A stretch of 64,000 nucleotides of DNA, from NCBI GenBank assembly GCA_021741645.1, contig JAIOXK010000004.1:1182-65181 (forward strand), given 5' to 3'. The DNA is from Candidatus Nanopelagicales bacterium. GTDB taxonomy: Bacteria; Actinomycetota; Actinomycetes; S36-B12. Both the position numbers and the translations under genes were made by a program. The notes under the pieces are model-generated. The model was given only the letters and a program-made list of their open reading frames with translations. It did no database searches and was not told where the DNA came from. This document shows positions 9,844 to 20,046 of this stretch, piece by piece (position 1 is the first letter of the stretch; each line of letters begins with the position of its first letter).

Positions 9844-10941
9844 TCAGCCGGCGGGCAGCTCGTCAAGGGCCGTGGACAGATCCGACCACAGATCGTCTGT
9901 CGACTCGATTCCGAAGGAAAGGCGCACGAGGTTCTCGGGAACCGTGTCGCTCTCCAGCGGCCACCTCCGTCGGCGTTCGAGCAAGGACTCGACACCCCCC
10001 AGGCTGGTGGCGTGCACCCACAGGCGCACGCGTTCGCACAGCAGGTCAGCCGCGGGGGCACCTCCCGCCAGTTCGATGGAGGCCAGCGTTCCCCAGCCGG
10101 GGTACCGAACACGGCTGACGGCGGGGTGGCTGGCCAGCTGCGGTGCGATGACTTGAGCGCTGTGCTGGGCTCGCTCGACCCGAAGGGCCAGAGTGCGCAT
10201 ACCGCGCAGTGCCAGATAGCAGTCGAATGCGCTGGGTGCGGCCCCGAGGAGCACCCGCCGCCTTCGTATCTGCTCCGCGCGTTCGGGATCGCCGGCGATG
10301 ACAGCTCCCAGGAGCACGTCCGAATGTCCGCTGAGCGCCTTGGTGACACTGTGCAGTACGAGGTCGGCGCCCAGCGTCAAGGGCTGCTGAAGGATGGGGG
10401 TCGCGAAGGTGTTGTCCACCAGCACCAGTGAGCCGGACTCCTGGGCACTCTGGATGCACGCGGCGAGATCGGCGACCTGCAGGAGGGGATTCGTGGGCGA
10501 CTCGAGCCACAGGAGGTCAGCCCCGGTGGCGGCGTCCCGGACAGCGTTCGTGTCGTCCACATCGACGATCGTCAGGCGAATACGACCGATCTCGGCAAGC
10601 TCCCGCAGGCGCACCGCCACACCGGTATAGGCCGCGCTCGGGGCGACGACATGAGCACCGAGTGGCAGCAGATCCATGACGGCATTGGCGGCGGCCATGC
10701 CTGAGCTGAAGACGACGGCGGTGCCCTGTTCGAGATCTCCGAGGGCATCCTCGAGGGCGGCGGTCGTCGGTGACCCCTCGCGGGCGTAACCCCAGTCGCC
10801 ACCAGCGTGGAACGTCGAGGCGGGCACGATGGGCGTGTTCATGGGGGCGTCGGGTGCGGCCGGCGGCCGGCCTGCCGTCACGGCACGCGTCTCCAAGGAC
10901 CATGTCTCGTCGGTCTTGTCGGTCTCGTTCTGTGAGGTCAC
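9844..10941 (-). CDS. PLP-dependent trans-sulfuration enzyme (cystathionine gamma-synthase/lyase family)
   Basis: YAREGSPT, FSSGMAA, ESPTNP, VDNTFATP, HSVTKALSGHSD, SLGGVESL. Confidence 0.88.
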   Translation of the reverse strand: MTSQNETDKTDETWSLETRAVTAGRPPAAPDAPMNTPIVPASTFHAGGDWGYAREGSPTTAALEDALGDLEQGTAVVFSSGMAAANAVMDLLPLGAHVVAPSAAYTGVAVRLRELAEIGRIRLTIVDVDDTNAVRDAATGADLLWLESPTNPLLQVADLAACIQSAQESGSLVLVDNTFATPILQQPLTLGADLVLHSVTKALSGHSDVLLGAVIAGDPERAEQIRRRRVLLGAAPSAFDCYLALRGMRTLALRVERAQHSAQVIAPQLASHPAVSRVRYPGWGTLASIELAGGAPAADLLCERVRLWVHATSLGGVESLLERRRRWPLESDTVPENLVRLSFGIESTDDLWSDLSTALDELPAG

Positions 10942-11000
10942 GGCTCGCAGCGTAGTGGCGCCGTCCCTCGGGTGTGGTGCGCTGGCGGTAGCGTCCTCCT

Positions 11001-12071
11001 GTGAATCGAACGAGAGTCGCCGTCATTCTGGGCGGGCGCAGCAGCGAGCACTCCATCTCGTGCATCAGCGGACGTTCGATTGTCGAGGCGCTGGATCCCG
11101 CCCGATACGAGATCACGGTCATCGGAATCGGCCGCGACGGATCCTGGGTGACGGCCGACAGCCTCGACGACCTGCTGGTGAGCGACGGACCCCTCCCGGA
11201 GGTGTCTGCCGGCGCCGCCGGAGTCTCGATCGAGGCTGCACTGGACGCCGACGTCGTCTTCCCCGTTCTCCATGGCCCGTGGGGGGAGGACGGTTCCCTC
11301 CAAGGGGTGCTGGAGACCCTCCAGGTGCCCTACGTGGGAAGCGGCATCGCGTCATCGTCCGTGACGATGGACAAGGGTCTGATGAAGACATTCCTTCGGG
11401 CTGCGGGACTCCCGGTGGGTCAATGGCGCATGGTGGCGAGCCGCGAGTGGGATGACGACCCCGACGGCGTGCTTGCGTCACTCGAGGGGCTCGGATTCCC
11501 GGTGTTCGTCAAGCCTGCTCGCGCCGGTTCCTCCCTGGGAATCTCCAAGGTCGACACCGCAGTCGACCTGCGCGCAGCCATCGAGGAGGCACGCACTCAC
11601 GACCCGCGCATCATCGTCGAGGCGGCGGTGTTGCACGCCCGCGAGATCGAATGCGCGGTGCTGAGCGATGCGCACGGTCAAGCGCAGGCCAGCCGCTGCG
11701 CCGAGATCGTCGTGCGAGCTGGCCATGACTTCTACGACTTCGAGGCGAAGTACCTCGATGACTCGGCTGAGCTGATCGTGCCCGCCCACCTGCCTGCCGA
11801 TGTGGAGGCAGAGGTTCAGCGGCTGGCCGTCCAGGCCTTCGAGGCTCTGGGCTGCGAGGGGCTGGCTCGCGTGGACTTCTTCCTCAGGAACAGCATCGAG
11901 AGTGACGGTGCCGGGGATCCGACCCTGGTGGTCAATGAGGTGAACACGATGCCTGGATTCACGACCATCTCCATGTTCCCGCGCATGTGGCTGGCCTCTG
12001 GACTCGACTACCCCTCGCTGATCGATGCTCTCGTTCAGGATGCCCTACGGCGAGGGACAGGCCTGCGCTGA
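11001..12071 (+). CDS. ddl: D-alanine--D-alanine ligase
   Basis: GGRSSEH, LHGPWGEDG, FVKPARAGSS, NEVNTMPGFT. Confidence 0.96.
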   Translation: MNRTRVAVILGGRSSEHSISCISGRSIVEALDPARYEITVIGIGRDGSWVTADSLDDLLVSDGPLPEVSAGAAGVSIEAALDADVVFPVLHGPWGEDGSLQGVLETLQVPYVGSGIASSSVTMDKGLMKTFLRAAGLPVGQWRMVASREWDDDPDGVLASLEGLGFPVFVKPARAGSSLGISKVDTAVDLRAAIEEARTHDPRIIVEAAVLHAREIECAVLSDAHGQAQASRCAEIVVRAGHDFYDFEAKYLDDSAELIVPAHLPADVEAEVQRLAVQAFEALGCEGLARVDFFLRNSIESDGAGDPTLVVNEVNTMPGFTTISMFPRMWLASGLDYPSLIDALVQDALRRGTGLR

Positions 12072-12095
12072 CGGCTCTCCTGATTGACTGTGGCC

Positions 12096-13049
12096 ATGGG
12101 TTCTGAAGTGACGATCGCAGACACGGGCGAGTTCGAGTTGATCGATCGGATCACCGCTGATCTGGATGCGGATCCTCGCGTTCTGGTGGGACCTGGCGAC
12201 GATGCTGCGGTGCTCGCGGTCACAAGTGGATCCGTGGCGGTCACGTGCGACGTGCTCGTGGAGGGACAGCACTTCCGACGTGACTGGTCCACGGCAATCG
12301 ATATCGGACGCAAGGCCGCCGCCGCCTCGCTGGCCGACGTGGCAGCCATGGGTGGAACGGCCACAGCGCTGGTGGTGGGCTTCGCAGCCCCTCCCGACCT
12401 GCCGACCGCATGGGCGGTCGAGTGCACCGCCGGGCTGCGTGAGGAGGCCGCCGCGGTAGGTGCCTCCCTGGTCGGCGGGGATGTGGTTCAGGGTCCCGTT
12501 CTGGTTCTCAGCGTCACTGCCATCGGAGACCTGGCCGGTCGCTCCCCGGTGGTGCGCTCAGGAGCACGTCCGGGGGATGTCGTGGCCGTGGCTGGTCGGC
12601 TGGGATGGTCGGCAGCCGGGTTGGCGCTGCTCTCGCGCGGGTTTCGCTCGCCGAAGGTGCTGGTGGACGGGCATCGATTCCCCCAGCCGCCGTATGCGGC
12701 CGGGCCGGCCGCAGCGATGGCGGGTGCGACCGCCATGATCGATGTCAGCGATGGGCTGGTCGCGGACCTGCGGCACATCGCCGAGTCATCGCAGGTGGCT
12801 ATTGACCTGTCGACCGATGGGTGGGAGATCCCGGAGGCGATGCAGGCGGCGGCTGCGGCGTACAACCTCGATCCGCGCGAGTGGATCCTGACCGGAGGGG
12901 AGGATCACGCGCTGGTGGCGACCTTCCCACCGGATGCTGAGCTGCCGGAGGGATTCCGTGTCATCGGTGCGGTAACTCCCGGGGGGCCTTCGGTCAGCGT
13001 TGATGGCCAGGTCAGGGAGAGTGCCGGCGGATTCCGCCACTTCGGCTAG
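12096..13049 (+). CDS. thiL: Thiamine-monophosphate kinase
   Basis: GEFELI, GPGDDAA, DVAAMGG, IDVSDGL, GGEDH. Confidence 0.94.
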   Translation: MGSEVTIADTGEFELIDRITADLDADPRVLVGPGDDAAVLAVTSGSVAVTCDVLVEGQHFRRDWSTAIDIGRKAAAASLADVAAMGGTATALVVGFAAPPDLPTAWAVECTAGLREEAAAVGASLVGGDVVQGPVLVLSVTAIGDLAGRSPVVRSGARPGDVVAVAGRLGWSAAGLALLSRGFRSPKVLVDGHRFPQPPYAAGPAAAMAGATAMIDVSDGLVADLRHIAESSQVAIDLSTDGWEIPEAMQAAAAAYNLDPREWILTGGEDHALVATFPPDAELPEGFRVIGAVTPGGPSVSVDGQVRESAGGFRHFG

Positions 13050-13094
13050 CGGAGCCGGTGAGAGGACTGGGATTGAGCGAAGGGAACGCCGTCG

Positions 13095-13283
13095 TCAGGC
13101 GCGGGCGACCTTGCCGGCCTTGATGCAGGACGTGCAGGCGTTCACTCGCTTGGGAGTCCCGTTCTGGACGGTGCGCACAGACTGGATGTTCGGGTTCCAG
13201 CGACGCTTGGTGCGACGGTGTGAGTGGGAGATGCTGTGCCCGAAGCCGGGACCCTTGCCGCAGACATCGCAGTTGGCAGCCAC
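13095..13283 (-). CDS. rpmB: 50S ribosomal protein L28 (zinc-ribbon, C+ form)
   Basis: [26 protein letters not shown]...CTSC. Confidence 0.96.
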   Translation of the reverse strand: MAANCDVCGKGPGFGHSISHSHRRTKRRWNPNIQSVRTVQNGTPKRVNACTSCIKAGKVARA

Positions 13284-13523
13284 GGTGCACTCCTTCGTTC
13301 TCCGTCATCTGACGGGCGTCGTGAATCGTCCCGAGGGACGGGGGTGGGTGCGACACGACGTGCCGCGAGAGGACAGACTAGCCGAGCCGGGCATCGGGCC
13401 CCAAATTGAGGGTACGGTCGGCCGGAACCGGGTCGATTCTTTGAGGGACTCACCGGGGCCGCGAAGTGCGCTGAGCGTCCCGGTCGGCAGGGACCCGCGG
13501 CGGTCCTTGAGGAAGGAGAGGTC

Positions 13524-15182
13524 GTGTCGTCCACGGGGCAGGTCACGGCGGATTTGGTCCGCGACTGGGTCCATCACGCAGTCTCGGGGCTCTCGGCTGC
13601 CCGTGAGCGCATCGATGCTCTCAATGTCTTCCCCGTGCCCGACGGCGACACGGGAACGAACCTCTATTTCACGGTGGAATCCGCGGCAGAGTCGGTCGAG
13701 ACCTGCTGTCAGGGCTCACCAGCGGACGGACGGCCCGCGACCGGAGCCGATGCTGCGCGCGCCATGGCGATGGGAGCCTTCCTGGGAGCCCGGGGCAACT
13801 CGGGCGTGATTTTGTCGCAGATCCTCCGCGGCGTGGGCGAGGTCATGGCAGAGCTGAACGAGGGGGCCCTCGACGGGGCAGCCGTCCATCGCCTGCTCCA
13901 TCGCGGGTCGGACCTGGCCTACGAGTCAGTCGCGCACCCGGTCGAGGGCACCATCCTCACGGTGATCCGCGAGGCATCCGACGCGGCCGGCCGGGCATCG
14001 GAGTCGGTCAGGGATGGCAGCAGCGATGCTCTCGCGGTGCTCGAGGAAGCGATCACGGCAGCGGAGGAGGCACTGGAGCGCACACCATCGATGCTTGAAG
14101 CGCTCCGGCTGGCCGGTGTCGTCGATGCGGGCGGACAGGGGTTGCTCGTCGTCCTCCATGCCCTAGCCCAGGCCATGTCTGGAGCCCCTCGTCCCGAGAT
14201 GACTGTCCATGGGGGTTCGGGGAGCGCTCGGATGTCCGAGGCAGTCGCCCATGCGGTGGGCCCGGAATATGACGGACCTGCCTTCGAGGTCATGTACCTC
14301 CTTGATGCAGAAGACGGGCGCGTCCCTGAACTCCGGGCCGAGCTCGATGCGCTGGGCGACAGCCTCGTCGTCGTGGGTGGTGACGGCCTGTGGAACGTCC
14401 ACGTGCACGTCGATGATGCGGGATCTGCGATCGAGGCGGCACTGGAGATCGGGCGGCCACATCGAATTCGCGTCACCCACCTGCAGTCTGTGGATCGAGC
14501 CGACGTTCGGATCCGGGGCGGGCAGCGGCGGCTGGTCGCCGTCGCTCATGGTCCGGGCATTGCGTCCTTGCTCAGTGACGCCGGGGTTGAGGTGGTGCAC
14601 GCGCGGGCGGGCGTGCGGTCGTCCGTGCAGGAGATTCTCGAGGCCATCGAGCGCTCGAGCGCGGACGAGGTGGTCGTGCTCCCGAGCGACAAGGACACGG
14701 CATCGGCAGCCGAGCTTGCCGCGGATCAGGCTCGTGATCGGGGCCTTCGATCGGCCGTCATCCCCACGCGCTCCATCGTTCAGACTCTCGCTGCCGTTGC
14801 GGTCCACGTGCCCGATGCGCACTTCGATGACGATGTCATCGCCATGACCCGGGCAGCCGGGGCGACGCGATACGGAGCGGTGACCGTGGCCTCCCGGGCG
14901 GCACTGACCACGGTGGGACCGTGTGCGCCGGGCGATGTCCTCGGGCTCGTGGATGGCGACATCGTGGTGATCTCCGCTGCCGTTCCCGATGCCCTGCAGG
15001 AGCTTCTGACGGGGATGCTCGCGATCGGCGGGGAACTCGTGACCGTGGTCTTCGGAGCGGATGCATCCGCGTCACTCCGAGATGACCTGGTCGAGTGGCT
15101 GACTGCCACTTTTCCCTTCGCGGAGGTGGTTGCGGTCGATGGCGGTCAGTCCCTGTGGCCGGTCATCGTGGGGGTCGAGTGA
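13524..15182 (+). CDS. DAK2-domain protein (FakA/YloV-like fatty acid kinase)
   Basis: LNVFPVPDGDTGTN, ARGNSGVILSQ, EGTILTV, VVDAGG, VHVHV; rpmB-DAK2-recG synteny. Confidence 0.9.
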   Translation: MSSTGQVTADLVRDWVHHAVSGLSAARERIDALNVFPVPDGDTGTNLYFTVESAAESVETCCQGSPADGRPATGADAARAMAMGAFLGARGNSGVILSQILRGVGEVMAELNEGALDGAAVHRLLHRGSDLAYESVAHPVEGTILTVIREASDAAGRASESVRDGSSDALAVLEEAITAAEEALERTPSMLEALRLAGVVDAGGQGLLVVLHALAQAMSGAPRPEMTVHGGSGSARMSEAVAHAVGPEYDGPAFEVMYLLDAEDGRVPELRAELDALGDSLVVVGGDGLWNVHVHVDDAGSAIEAALEIGRPHRIRVTHLQSVDRADVRIRGGQRRLVAVAHGPGIASLLSDAGVEVVHARAGVRSSVQEILEAIERSSADEVVVLPSDKDTASAAELAADQARDRGLRSAVIPTRSIVQTLAAVAVHVPDAHFDDDVIAMTRAAGATRYGAVTVASRAALTTVGPCAPGDVLGLVDGDIVVISAAVPDALQELLTGMLAIGGELVTVVFGADASASLRDDLVEWLTATFPFAEVVAVDGGQSLWPVIVGVE

Positions 15183-17383
15183 CCACCCGAGGAATTCTTG
15201 ACACCCGGCTCTCGGGAATTCTCGGTGGCAAGACGGCGGACGCACTCCGCACGGGCCTGGGTCTCGACACGGTGGAGGATCTCCTGCGCCACTACCCCCG
15301 GAGGTACGCCGAGAGGGGAGAGCTCACTGATCTCGCGCTGCTCGACGAGGGGGAGCAGGTGACGGTCCTTGCAGAGGTGCAGTCCGTGACCGTGCGCCCC
15401 ATGCGTAATCGTCGCGGCAGCATTCTCGAGGCCGTCATCAGCGACGGACAGCAGTCGATGTCGCTGACCTTCTTCAACCAGAAGTGGCGGGAACGGCAGT
15501 TGCGAGCGGGCCGGCGCGGCCTGTTCGCCGGTCAGGTAGGTCGCTATCGCGGGACTCTCCAGCTTGCGCACCCGGAGTTCCACCTGTTTGCCGAGGGGGT
15601 GCAGGAGGACGAGGAGGCGATGGTCACCTTCGCGGGTGCGCTGATACCCATCTACGGGGCCGCCAGAGGAGTCACGTCATGGCAGGTCCATACGGCCGTC
15701 GACGTCGTGCTTGCTCAGGTCGACGACATCGATGACCCCCTTCCCGAACTCGTCCGACGCGAACGTGACCTGGTGTCACTCAGCGAGGCCTTGCGTCTCA
15801 TCCATCGGCCGACCTCGCGCGCGGACGTCGACGCGGCCGTCACGCGCCTGCGATTCGAGGAGGCGTACGTCCTCCAGGTGCTGCTTGCGCAGCGGCGAGC
15901 CGTGACGCGATCCCTGCCTGCGACCCGTCGGGTGCCCACGACGAGTCCGCTGGTGGAGGCGTTCGATGCCCGACTGCCGTTCGTGCTCACGGCAGGTCAG
16001 CAGGCGGTATCGCAGCAGATCGCCGACGACCTCGCCGGCGATCACCCGATGCATCGCCTCCTGCAAGGTGATGTAGGCAGCGGAAAGACGATCGTCGCCC
16101 TGCGAGCCATGCTCCGCGTTGTCGACGCGGGCGGGCAGGCGGCGCTGCTGGCCCCCACTGAGGTGCTGGCCGTGCAGCACCACCGCTCGATCACCAGGGC
16201 ATTGGGTCCGTTGGCTGAGCGCGGACTCCTCGGAGGAGCCGATATCGGCACACGGGTAGCGCTGCTGACCGGTTCGCAGAAGGCCCAGGAGCGACGCACG
16301 AACCTCCTCGACGTCGTGTCTGGCGACGCGGGAATCGTGATCGGCACACATGCACTGCTGCAGGAGCATGTCGACTTCCATGATCTGGCCCTGGTGGTCG
16401 TCGATGAGCAGCACCGATTCGGAGTGGAGCAACGAGCGGCGCTGGCCGCCAAGTCACGTGGCGACACCCGGCCGCATGTGCTGGTGATGACCGCTACGCC
16501 GATTCCTCGGACTGTCGCGATGACGACCTTCGGCGATGTCGACGTCTCGACTCTGGACGAGGTGCCGGCGGGTCGATCGGAGGTGGCGACCCACATCATC
16601 GTGGCGCCTGAGCAGCCGGGTCATCTGGCGCGCGCATGGCAGCGAGCTGGTGAGGAGGTCAGGCAGGGGCATCGGGTCTTCGTTGTCTGCCCGCGCATCG
16701 GCGATGACACAGACGAGGGAACGACTGATCCGGCGTCGCCCGACGAGCCTGAGGGCCCACGCCCGGCGAGCGTGCTGGACGTCGCCGCGAGACTTCAGGA
16801 GGGTCCACTCGCGGACGTGCGGGTGGGAATCCTCCATGGCCGCATGTCGGCCGAGGACAAGGACGACGTCATGCGACGCTTCGCCGATCCGAACGCCAGT
16901 GATCCGGTTGAGGTCCTGGTCGCGACGACGGTGATCGAGGTGGGTGTCGACGTGCCCGTCGCCACGATGATGGTCATCGTCGATGCTGACCGATTCGGCC
17001 TGTCACAGCTTCATCAGCTCCGCGGTCGCGTCGGTCGTGGGAGTCTCCCCGGCCTGTGCCTTCTGGTGACCGATTCCGAGGCTGGGTCACCGGCACGCGA
17101 GCGACTTGACGCCCTTGCGTCGACGACCGATGGCTTCGTGCTGTCTGAGCTGGATCTGGAACTGCGTCGCGAGGGTGACGTGCTGGGGAGCTCGCAGTCG
17201 GGCAGCAGGCGAACCCTGCGTCTGCTCGAAGTCGCGCGTCATCAGGATGTCATCGCGGATGCCCGTCTGGCGGCGACCGCCGTGATCGATCAGGATGTCA
17301 CGCTGTCTGAGCATCCGGCCCTGGCCCGCGCGGTGGCGTCTCTGACGGAGCACGAGCAGGCTGACTACCTGGAGAAGGCATGA
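15179..17383 (+). CDS. recG: ATP-dependent DNA helicase RecG
   Basis: LLQGDVGSGKT, DEQHRFGV, MTATPIPRT, QLHQLRGRVGRG; GTG start overlaps the DAK2 stop. Confidence 0.96.
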   Translation: MTTRGILDTRLSGILGGKTADALRTGLGLDTVEDLLRHYPRRYAERGELTDLALLDEGEQVTVLAEVQSVTVRPMRNRRGSILEAVISDGQQSMSLTFFNQKWRERQLRAGRRGLFAGQVGRYRGTLQLAHPEFHLFAEGVQEDEEAMVTFAGALIPIYGAARGVTSWQVHTAVDVVLAQVDDIDDPLPELVRRERDLVSLSEALRLIHRPTSRADVDAAVTRLRFEEAYVLQVLLAQRRAVTRSLPATRRVPTTSPLVEAFDARLPFVLTAGQQAVSQQIADDLAGDHPMHRLLQGDVGSGKTIVALRAMLRVVDAGGQAALLAPTEVLAVQHHRSITRALGPLAERGLLGGADIGTRVALLTGSQKAQERRTNLLDVVSGDAGIVIGTHALLQEHVDFHDLALVVVDEQHRFGVEQRAALAAKSRGDTRPHVLVMTATPIPRTVAMTTFGDVDVSTLDEVPAGRSEVATHIIVAPEQPGHLARAWQRAGEEVRQGHRVFVVCPRIGDDTDEGTTDPASPDEPEGPRPASVLDVAARLQEGPLADVRVGILHGRMSAEDKDDVMRRFADPNASDPVEVLVATTVIEVGVDVPVATMMVIVDADRFGLSQLHQLRGRVGRGSLPGLCLLVTDSEAGSPARERLDALASTTDGFVLSELDLELRREGDVLGSSQSGSRRTLRLLEVARHQDVIADARLAATAVIDQDVTLSEHPALARAVASLTEHEQADYLEKA

Positions 17384-17997
17384 CTCGGATCATCGCGGGG
17401 GTGGCGCGCGGCCGCAGACTCTCCGTCCCGGGCCGTGGCACGCGGCCGACCTCGGATCGAGTCCGCGAGTCGCTCTTCTCCTCCTTGGACTCCGAACTCT
17501 CTGCAGCCGGCATTCCGTGGAATTCCGTTGCGGTGCTCGACCTCTACGCGGGCTCTGGGGCTCTTGGGCTGGAGGCTCTGAGCAGGGGAGCGCGCGCGGC
17601 CTGGCTGGTGGAGGGGGATCGGAGCGCGATGAAGACACTCCGGTCGAACTGCGAGGCGGTGGGAATGCCAGGAGCCCTGGCTCTAGGTCGACGAGTCGAG
17701 GCTCTGGCCGGTGAGCCACCGACGGCATCCGGGGCCAATCTCGTCTTCGCCGACCCGCCGTACGACGTGCCGGCGCCACAGGTGGCACGGGAGCTGCAGC
17801 GTCTCGCAGGGCTTGGCTGGATCGCGGACGATGCGAGAGTGGTGGTCGAGCGTCCGACCAGGGACGGGCAGAATCCGCTGCCGGAGGCATGGGGCAGTGA
17901 TCGAGAGCGCACCTTCGGCGACACGCGACTTTGGTACGGTCGAGCACGTCCGCATGGGGATCACGTGGACGATCCGGCTCGTGAGGAGGCACCCTGA
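17380..17997 (+). CDS. rsmD: 16S rRNA m2G966 methyltransferase
   Basis: RPTSDRVRESLF, LDLYAGSGALGLEALSRGA, DPPY. Confidence 0.93.
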   Translation: MTRIIAGVARGRRLSVPGRGTRPTSDRVRESLFSSLDSELSAAGIPWNSVAVLDLYAGSGALGLEALSRGARAAWLVEGDRSAMKTLRSNCEAVGMPGALALGRRVEALAGEPPTASGANLVFADPPYDVPAPQVARELQRLAGLGWIADDARVVVERPTRDGQNPLPEAWGSDRERTFGDTRLWYGRARPHGDHVDDPAREEAP

Positions 17998-18482
17998 TGC
18001 GCAAGGTGGTGTGCCCGGGGTCCTTCGATCCGGTGACGAATGGCCACCTGGACGTCTTCGCGCGGGCCGCGGCGATGTCGGATGAGGTCGTTGTCGCGGT
18101 GCTCATCAATGACTCCAAGGCTGGCCTGTTCACCATCGACGAGCGCATCGAGATGCTTCGTGAGGTCGTCGCCCCCCACGAGAACATCCGGGTCGAGTCC
18201 TTCCACGGGCTCCTCGTCGACTACTGCCAGAAGAACGGCATCACTGCGATCGTCAAGGGACTGCGAGCGGTGAGCGATTTCGACTATGAGCTGCAGATGG
18301 CCCAGATGAACTATCGACTGTCCGACGTCGAGACGGTCTTCATCACCACGAATCCCCTCTACAGCTTTCTCTCGTCCAGCCTGGTCAAGGAAGTGGCCAA
18401 GTTCGGGGGAGATGTCAGCGGATTGGTCCCCGACGCCGTGTTGTCCCGGCTGAGAGGCCGTCTGTCGGACACAATGGCCTGA
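17997..18482 (+). CDS. coaD: Pantetheine-phosphate adenylyltransferase
   Basis: PGSFDPVTNGH, KGLR..SDFDYE, SSSLVKE. Confidence 0.96.
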   Translation: MRKVVCPGSFDPVTNGHLDVFARAAAMSDEVVVAVLINDSKAGLFTIDERIEMLREVVAPHENIRVESFHGLLVDYCQKNGITAIVKGLRAVSDFDYELQMAQMNYRLSDVETVFITTNPLYSFLSSSLVKEVAKFGGDVSGLVPDAVLSRLRGRLSDTMA

Positions 18483-18509
18483 GCACTGAACCGCTGCCAA
18501 GGAGCATTT

Positions 18510-19139
18510 GTGGACCTTCAGGAAAGACTCGACGAACTTGCCGTGCTGATCGAGGACGCCAAGGCCATGCCCTTGTCCGCGTCATGCATCGTGAACCGCT
18601 CCCAGGTCCTGGATCTCATCGAGGAGATCCGGCAGATGATGCCCGAGTCGGTCCAGCGCGCCGATGAGCTGCTTGCGGACCGCGAGGCAGTCGTGCAGGA
18701 CGGTCGACGCGAGGCCGATCGCATTCTTGAGCGTGCGCGTACCGAGTCCGATCGTCTGGTGTCCGAGCACGAGGTCTACCTCGCGGCCGTGCAGGAGGCG
18801 CAGGCGCTGGTCGACATCACCTCGCAGGACACCGCGCGCATGCGCAAGGAGACCGACGACTACATCGACGCCAAGCTCGCCACCTTCGAGATCACCCTGC
18901 AGAAGACTCTCCAGACGGTCGATCGCGGGCGTGAGCGGCTGCGAAGCCAGATGTATCAGGAGCTGGCACCCATGGCGGATCCTCGAATGGGTGACCCGCG
19001 AGCGCAGGACGACGTTTTCGATGCCCAGGCGCTGGATGGCCAGGGCTTCGACGACCAAGGCCTTGCTGACCAGGTCTACGACGACCGCGGTTTTGAGACC
19101 ACGGAGATGGACGCCCTCGATTCCAGGAAGCGGCGCTGA
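18510..19139 (+). CDS. Coiled-coil DivIVA/SepIVA-like protein
   Basis: AKAMPLSASCIVNR, long heptad region, DDYIDAKLA; sits between coaD and yceD. Confidence 0.7.
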   Translation: MDLQERLDELAVLIEDAKAMPLSASCIVNRSQVLDLIEEIRQMMPESVQRADELLADREAVVQDGRREADRILERARTESDRLVSEHEVYLAAVQEAQALVDITSQDTARMRKETDDYIDAKLATFEITLQKTLQTVDRGRERLRSQMYQELAPMADPRMGDPRAQDDVFDAQALDGQGFDDQGLADQVYDDRGFETTEMDALDSRKRR

Positions 19140-19260
19140 CGAGATCTCCGGACAACGGCCCCCGGCCGGGACCGTTTAGGTGCTCAGGGCACCGGCAGGG
19201 TAGCCTTTCCGGGGCCTCTCGCGAGGCCACGGTTCGTCGTGCTGAGAGTAGTGAGGGTCC

Positions 19261-19833
19261 GTGACCGACCTTGACCCAACCGATCCGCTCGTCATAGACG
19301 TGCGGACGCTGCAGCGTCGCCCGGGATTCATGATCACGGTGACGCGCAGTGCTCCTGCCCCGACAGGCCTTGGCGTCGCGATGGCTCGGGTGCCTGAGGG
19401 ATCGCCAATCGAACTCGATGTTCGGTTGGAGTCCGTTCTCGAAGGCGTCCTCGTGACCGGAACAGCGGATCTGGAGATCAACGCGGAATGCTCGCGGTGT
19501 CTGGAGCCGGTGGGCTGGCACGAGGAGGTGGACTTCACCGAGCTGTTCCGCTACCCCAGCACGGACGCCCGCGGCGCCGTGGTGGAGGAGGCGGACGAGT
19601 CCGAGGATCCACTGCCGGAGTTGCAGAACGATCTGATCGATCTGGAGCCGGTGCTGCGGGACGCTGTGGTGATAGATCTGCCACTCGCCCCGCTGTGCAG
19701 CGAGGAGTGCCTTGGCCTGTGCCCCGAATGCGGGTTCAGGCTCGAGGAGGATCCGCAGCACGAGCACGAGAAGTCCGATCCGCGCTGGGCTGCCTTGGCA
19801 GACCTGCTCGAATCGGATGACCATCAAGCCTGA
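19261..19833 (+). CDS. yceD: YceD/DUF177 family metal-binding protein
   Basis: CSRCLEP, PLAPLCSEECLGLCPECG, DPRWAAL; precedes rpmF. Confidence 0.9.
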   Translation: MTDLDPTDPLVIDVRTLQRRPGFMITVTRSAPAPTGLGVAMARVPEGSPIELDVRLESVLEGVLVTGTADLEINAECSRCLEPVGWHEEVDFTELFRYPSTDARGAVVEEADESEDPLPELQNDLIDLEPVLRDAVVIDLPLAPLCSEECLGLCPECGFRLEEDPQHEHEKSDPRWAALADLLESDDHQA

Positions 19834-19869
19834 CACCTCACCTGAGGTGCCTGACACAGAGGAAGTGCC

Positions 19870-20043
19870 GTGGCCGTTCCCAAGCGGAAGATGTCCCGCT
19901 CCAACACCCGTCATCGTCGTTCGCAGTGGAAGGCAGCCACGCCGACGCTGGTGCTGTGCGCCCGCTGCAAGGAGAAGCACATCGCCCACACGGCGTGCCC
20001 GACGTGCGGCACGTATGCCAAGCGTCGCGTGCTGGACGTCTAG
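19870..20043 (+). CDS. rpmF: 50S ribosomal protein L32 (57 aa, zinc-ribbon form; missing from the ORF track)
   Basis: Manual translation from GTG: [22 protein letters not shown]...CARC...CPTCGTY. Confidence 0.96.
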   Translation: MAVPKRKMSRSNTRHRRSQWKAATPTLVLCARCKEKHIAHTACPTCGTYAKRRVLDV

Positions 20044-20046
20044 CCG

